Shown here piece by piece: positions 16,597 through 19,636 of a stretch of DNA of 19,636 nucleotides. The stretch lies in contig JBIKWF010000084.1 in the NCBI GenBank assembly GCA_044356455.1, forward strand, positions 1-19,636. Reading direction: 5' to 3'. Source of the DNA: Bdellovibrionota bacterium (GTDB lineage Bacteria; Bdellovibrionota_C; UBA2361; JBGSMV01). Within the stretch, counting starts at the first letter, position 1. Every line of letters starts with the position of its first letter. Under the pieces are notes generated by a model. It made no database searches, was not told where the DNA came from, and worked only from the letters and a program-made list of their open reading frames with translations. A program made the position numbers and the translations under genes.

Positions 16597-18366
16597 ATGC
16601 GCTCCGATTTTTCGCCTCAAGACGGCCCTCGCCCCAGCCCACCACGATCGTTAGTTCCAGCTTCACCTTCCAGCGAGGGGGTACGCTCCCTTGATCTAAG
16701 GCTTCAATATTGGAATGGCGCTATTGCGCCTTACCATCTTGAACAAGCGCGGCTGCTTAGTATCGCTCCGCGAGTAGTGGGAGCTCAACCGGGTGCGCCA
16801 GGAAGGGTGGGGGAGATAATTGCCCACGGCGGGGCGTTTGCTTCAGCGAAGATATTTCTTGATCTACTCCAGAAAGAGCAGCAGCAGGAATCAAGGGGAA
16901 CCATGAAGAATGTGCTGCTTGCGGCTCACGCAAGAACTGCAGCAAGTTTCGCCTGCTATATCGCAAAGCAGGGCTTCGCGGCTCAAGTAGCCGAACCACT
17001 GATCTCAGTACGCGCCGCGCTCTCCGAGTTTTCTGGACCTGCTCGAACTGAACTTCTTGAGCAGTGTGTGCGAGGTCTGGCCGGACTGAGGACTTCGGTC
17101 TCGGTGAAGGAGCATCCCGGCCTTGATCTGCTTGACGAGCTGCGTGCCTCTTTGGAAGGTGAGAGTGATCTCGAGGTAAGAAAGAGAAGAGAGGAGCTGC
17201 TCGTACTTGCCTATGCAAGAATGCGGAAACCCCATAAAGCGCTTGAGCTTTTTGAATCTGCCGAGAGTGGTGGGCGTCATCTTTCTCTCGAGTCATTAGC
17301 AGAAGTGCTTACCTCAGCGTATTTCGGTGGGAGAGACGAGTTTGCAATACCGAGAACAGAAGATCTCTCTAGAGCGCGGCTTAAAGGTGCCTCCATTTCT
17401 TCTGTTTGCGCATGGGGAGAGACTTGTCTTTCACTTGGGAGAATGGATTTTGCCGCCATAAATGCGGCGCGTGCACTCGACTGTGAGTCAACCCCAGGTT
17501 CTTCTGAGAGGCTTCGCGCCGAGGCGCTTGATGTGGCAGTCCGTGTGCTCACCTGGGATTCGGCAGGGGTGCGCACCTGGCCAAAAGAGTTTTCAACTGG
17601 TGCTTCCGAGCGTGTGCAAGTTCTTGCTCGGGCAGCACAGCTAGTTCTGCCCCTCAAGCGTCAAAATGAGAGTGCGCATCTCTGCGCAGTATTAGCAGAG
17701 CATCTCTTGGCTGCCTCTGCACAGCCAGCAGACAATTTCAGCATGAGGGCTGAGGCAGATGTTTGTAAGCTGATAGTATGGAGCATGCTCACCCAGTTTC
17801 CGGAGGTTGCTCAAAAACTCCTGCTGGCCATGCCACCAGCGCTAAGTTCCTCCTTCGGGGGCATGGAGACATCGAGTCAAGTTGTGAGTGGCTGGCTTCG
17901 TGCAACGGCAGAATCTTTCAGATGGGGAGCGGGACTTGAAGCGCTTCCTGCCGATTCGCATGCAGCGCTCTTTTTCCGCGCAAATGGTTTGTTGGATGAA
18001 GCAAAAGCGAACGGCTTCGTGACGGCCTCCCGGGCGCGAGAACTTTACTATCTAGGAGCTCAGCTCGCCGCGTGTTGCGGTGAGGAAGGGCCCCTGATTT
18101 CGATGCTTGCTTCGGCCCAAAACCTTGAAATCAGCGAAGGTGATGAGAGGGGCTTTGCTGAAGCGGGACCTGCTGAAAGGGACCTTGGTGGTGCAAGTGA
18201 GACGCCTGCTCGGGCTGGTGCGGAGGGCGCCGTGGTAGGTGCAGAGCTCGGAGTGATGGCTTATCACTATGCGCGCCACCTCAATAAGAAGCCCAGTGAG
18301 GTTATGCCAGCGATTCTAGATCTCAGAGTTGAGAAGTATCAGCCTGGGCTGGCCTTTCTTTCTTGA
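16597..18366 (+). CDS. Hypothetical Ala/Leu-rich, probably alpha-helical protein (589 aa)
   Basis: Long ORF with Pro/Ser-rich N-terminus; no motif recognised. Its 3' end overlaps the convergent IMPase gene by 28 bp. Confidence 0.65.
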   Translation: MRSDFSPQDGPRPSPPRSLVPASPSSEGVRSLDLRLQYWNGAIAPYHLEQARLLSIAPRVVGAQPGAPGRVGEIIAHGGAFASAKIFLDLLQKEQQQESRGTMKNVLLAAHARTAASFACYIAKQGFAAQVAEPLISVRAALSEFSGPARTELLEQCVRGLAGLRTSVSVKEHPGLDLLDELRASLEGESDLEVRKRREELLVLAYARMRKPHKALELFESAESGGRHLSLESLAEVLTSAYFGGRDEFAIPRTEDLSRARLKGASISSVCAWGETCLSLGRMDFAAINAARALDCESTPGSSERLRAEALDVAVRVLTWDSAGVRTWPKEFSTGASERVQVLARAAQLVLPLKRQNESAHLCAVLAEHLLAASAQPADNFSMRAEADVCKLIVWSMLTQFPEVAQKLLLAMPPALSSSFGGMETSSQVVSGWLRATAESFRWGAGLEALPADSHAALFFRANGLLDEAKANGFVTASRARELYYLGAQLAACCGEEGPLISMLASAQNLEISEGDERGFAEAGPAERDLGGASETPARAGAEGAVVGAELGVMAYHYARHLNKKPSEVMPAILDLRVEKYQPGLAFLS

Positions 18367-19247
18367 TTTAGCGCTGCACCAAGGTATTTGAGAAGTCCCT
18401 CGCTCATGCTCGGGGGGGATGTGAGAATTGGGTTCTCTCCTTGAAGTTTCCAGAGATGGGACGGCGTTGGCTTACCGAGAGGGTCTACGATAACGCGCAG
18501 ACCCGCTTCGGCGGGAAACAGCGTGGCGGGGAAATCCCAGGCCTTTACAGAAAATTGAACTTGAAGCTGCTCGAACCCCGATGCGAGTCTTGAGCAGTCA
18601 TTAGCAAATCCGCCAAAGCGGTATGCATTCTCCACAAGATCGCGACTTCGCAGATATTCAATTAAACGCAGCTCGCCTTTGCTGCCGGGGTAAAAGAGAA
18701 TTGCGGAGTCCTCAATGCGGGCGGGTACTTGGACCCTAAGAGGAGCGGGATCCATTTCCCTGGCATTGAAAGTAGGCAGGCTGCAGATAGTCGCTCCACC
18801 ACCTTGCGTGGCAGTAAAAAGAGCGCGGCGCGGCAGGTGGTAAAAGACCGCGGCGGTCACGATTCCTCCCACCACAAGCCCGGCTAGTGGTCCAAACCCA
18901 AGCTGTCCACCTTGAATATCGGTGAAGCGTTTACAACTCGTCGTCCCGTCGAGGGGATCCAGCACGAAGTAGTCTTCTTCTTGCCCAATCAGCGCGTGGG
19001 AGGCAGGGTCTTCTTCTGAGACTATGGGAAGAACATCTCCCAAGATCTTTTTCAGTGTCTCTTGCGACTCAAGATCAATATTAAGAAGAAGGCTTTGATC
19101 GGGTTTCCGCCAAACCTTCACGTTCTCAGGATCGGTGAGAGTCTTTGACATTTGAGCCGCAGCAATAACCACTGCATGCTGCATAAGACCGACAAGGTCT
19201 TGGAGGGCAGAATCAGAGAAAGAAGTAGGGGTGCTCACGCTCAGCAT
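18339..19247 (-). CDS. Inositol monophosphatase / CysQ-family phosphatase
   Basis: IVSEE, YFVLDPLDGT and KAWDFPA are the FIG/IMPase metal-binding motifs; N-terminal WRKPDQSL. Substrate cannot be assigned. Confidence 0.9.
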   Translation of the reverse strand: MLSVSTPTSFSDSALQDLVGLMQHAVVIAAAQMSKTLTDPENVKVWRKPDQSLLLNIDLESQETLKKILGDVLPIVSEEDPASHALIGQEEDYFVLDPLDGTTSCKRFTDIQGGQLGFGPLAGLVVGGIVTAAVFYHLPRRALFTATQGGGATICSLPTFNAREMDPAPLRVQVPARIEDSAILFYPGSKGELRLIEYLRSRDLVENAYRFGGFANDCSRLASGFEQLQVQFSVKAWDFPATLFPAEAGLRVIVDPLGKPTPSHLWKLQGENPILTSPPSMSEGLLKYLGAALNQERKASPG

Positions 19248-19285
19248 CTTGACAGACCGATCGGCGGCTCACAAGCTCTTCATAT

Positions 19286-19636
19286 ATGGCAAAAACGCCT
19301 CGCGGATCCCCAGATTTGAATGTATTCGGTGCGGCGCAGCCAGCCCGAGAAGTCGCGTCGCGTTCACTTGAACAAGTTATTAAGAATTATATTCAGCACT
19401 ATGCCTTCGGCCCTGGACATACTGCGCGAGCCAAGCGCCTGGATTTGAGGCATTTTATTGTGTTTCTGCGGAGCTATCTGAATCTGGGCCTGGGGGAGGT
19501 GCTTACGGTTGATTCCTGGAGTCAGTCGGCAACTCAAAGTTTCGTAGACGAACTCCTGCGCCTGGGCCAAGCACCTGCCTCAGTGGCACGTCGTCTTGCT
19601 ACCCTTAAGCATATGGGTCGTACCTTGGCGGAAAAA
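19286..19636 (+). CDS. N-terminal part of a tyrosine recombinase/integrase (XerC/XerD-like core-binding domain), truncated by window edge
   Basis: Manual translation from ATG 19286, open to the end: MAKTPRGSPDLNVFGAAQPAREVASRSLEQVIKNYIQHYAFGPGHTARAKRLDLRHFIVFLRSYLNLGLGEVLTVDSWSQSATQSFVDELLRLGQAPASVARRLATLKHMGRTLAEK. HT.RA...DL..F..FL and G.APASVARRLATLK match the Xer SAM-like domain pattern. The catalytic domain is not visible. Confidence 0.72.
   Translation, partial: MAKTPRGSPDLNVFGAAQPAREVASRSLEQVIKNYIQHYAFGPGHTARAKRLDLRHFIVFLRSYLNLGLGEVLTVDSWSQSATQSFVDELLRLGQAPASVARRLATLKHMGRTLAEK

Noticed and set aside
1247..18279. Remaining short ORFs nested in or antisense to the called genes
   Set aside because: Shadow frames without motifs, overlapping better-supported CDSs.
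19364..19570. 68-aa minus-strand ORF
   Set aside because: Antisense shadow of the recombinase-like plus-strand frame.

Overview
Bacterial chromosomal window of roughly balanced GC, read with the standard code; the taxon cannot be fixed from the sequence. It is mostly housekeeping genes (folK, alpha2-type glycyl-tRNA synthetase, citrate synthase, HAD hydrolase, inositol-monophosphatase family, TPR protein) interleaved with unrecognisable large proteins. Accessory content is an intact AbiEi/AbiEii type IV toxin-antitoxin pair with a 10-bp inverted-repeat operator over its likely promoter. A tyrosine-recombinase-like gene, missed by the ORF track, runs off the right edge. The most unusual signals are non-coding: a 21-bp palindromic tandem array abutting the gltA stop, three dispersed copies of a 9-bp-period repeat family, and an ungapped 63-bp direct-repeat pair upstream of abiE. 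There is also an orphan, N-terminally extended GroES-like gene. I see no CRISPR array, tRNA or rRNA, and I cannot claim a complete novel system from this window alone.
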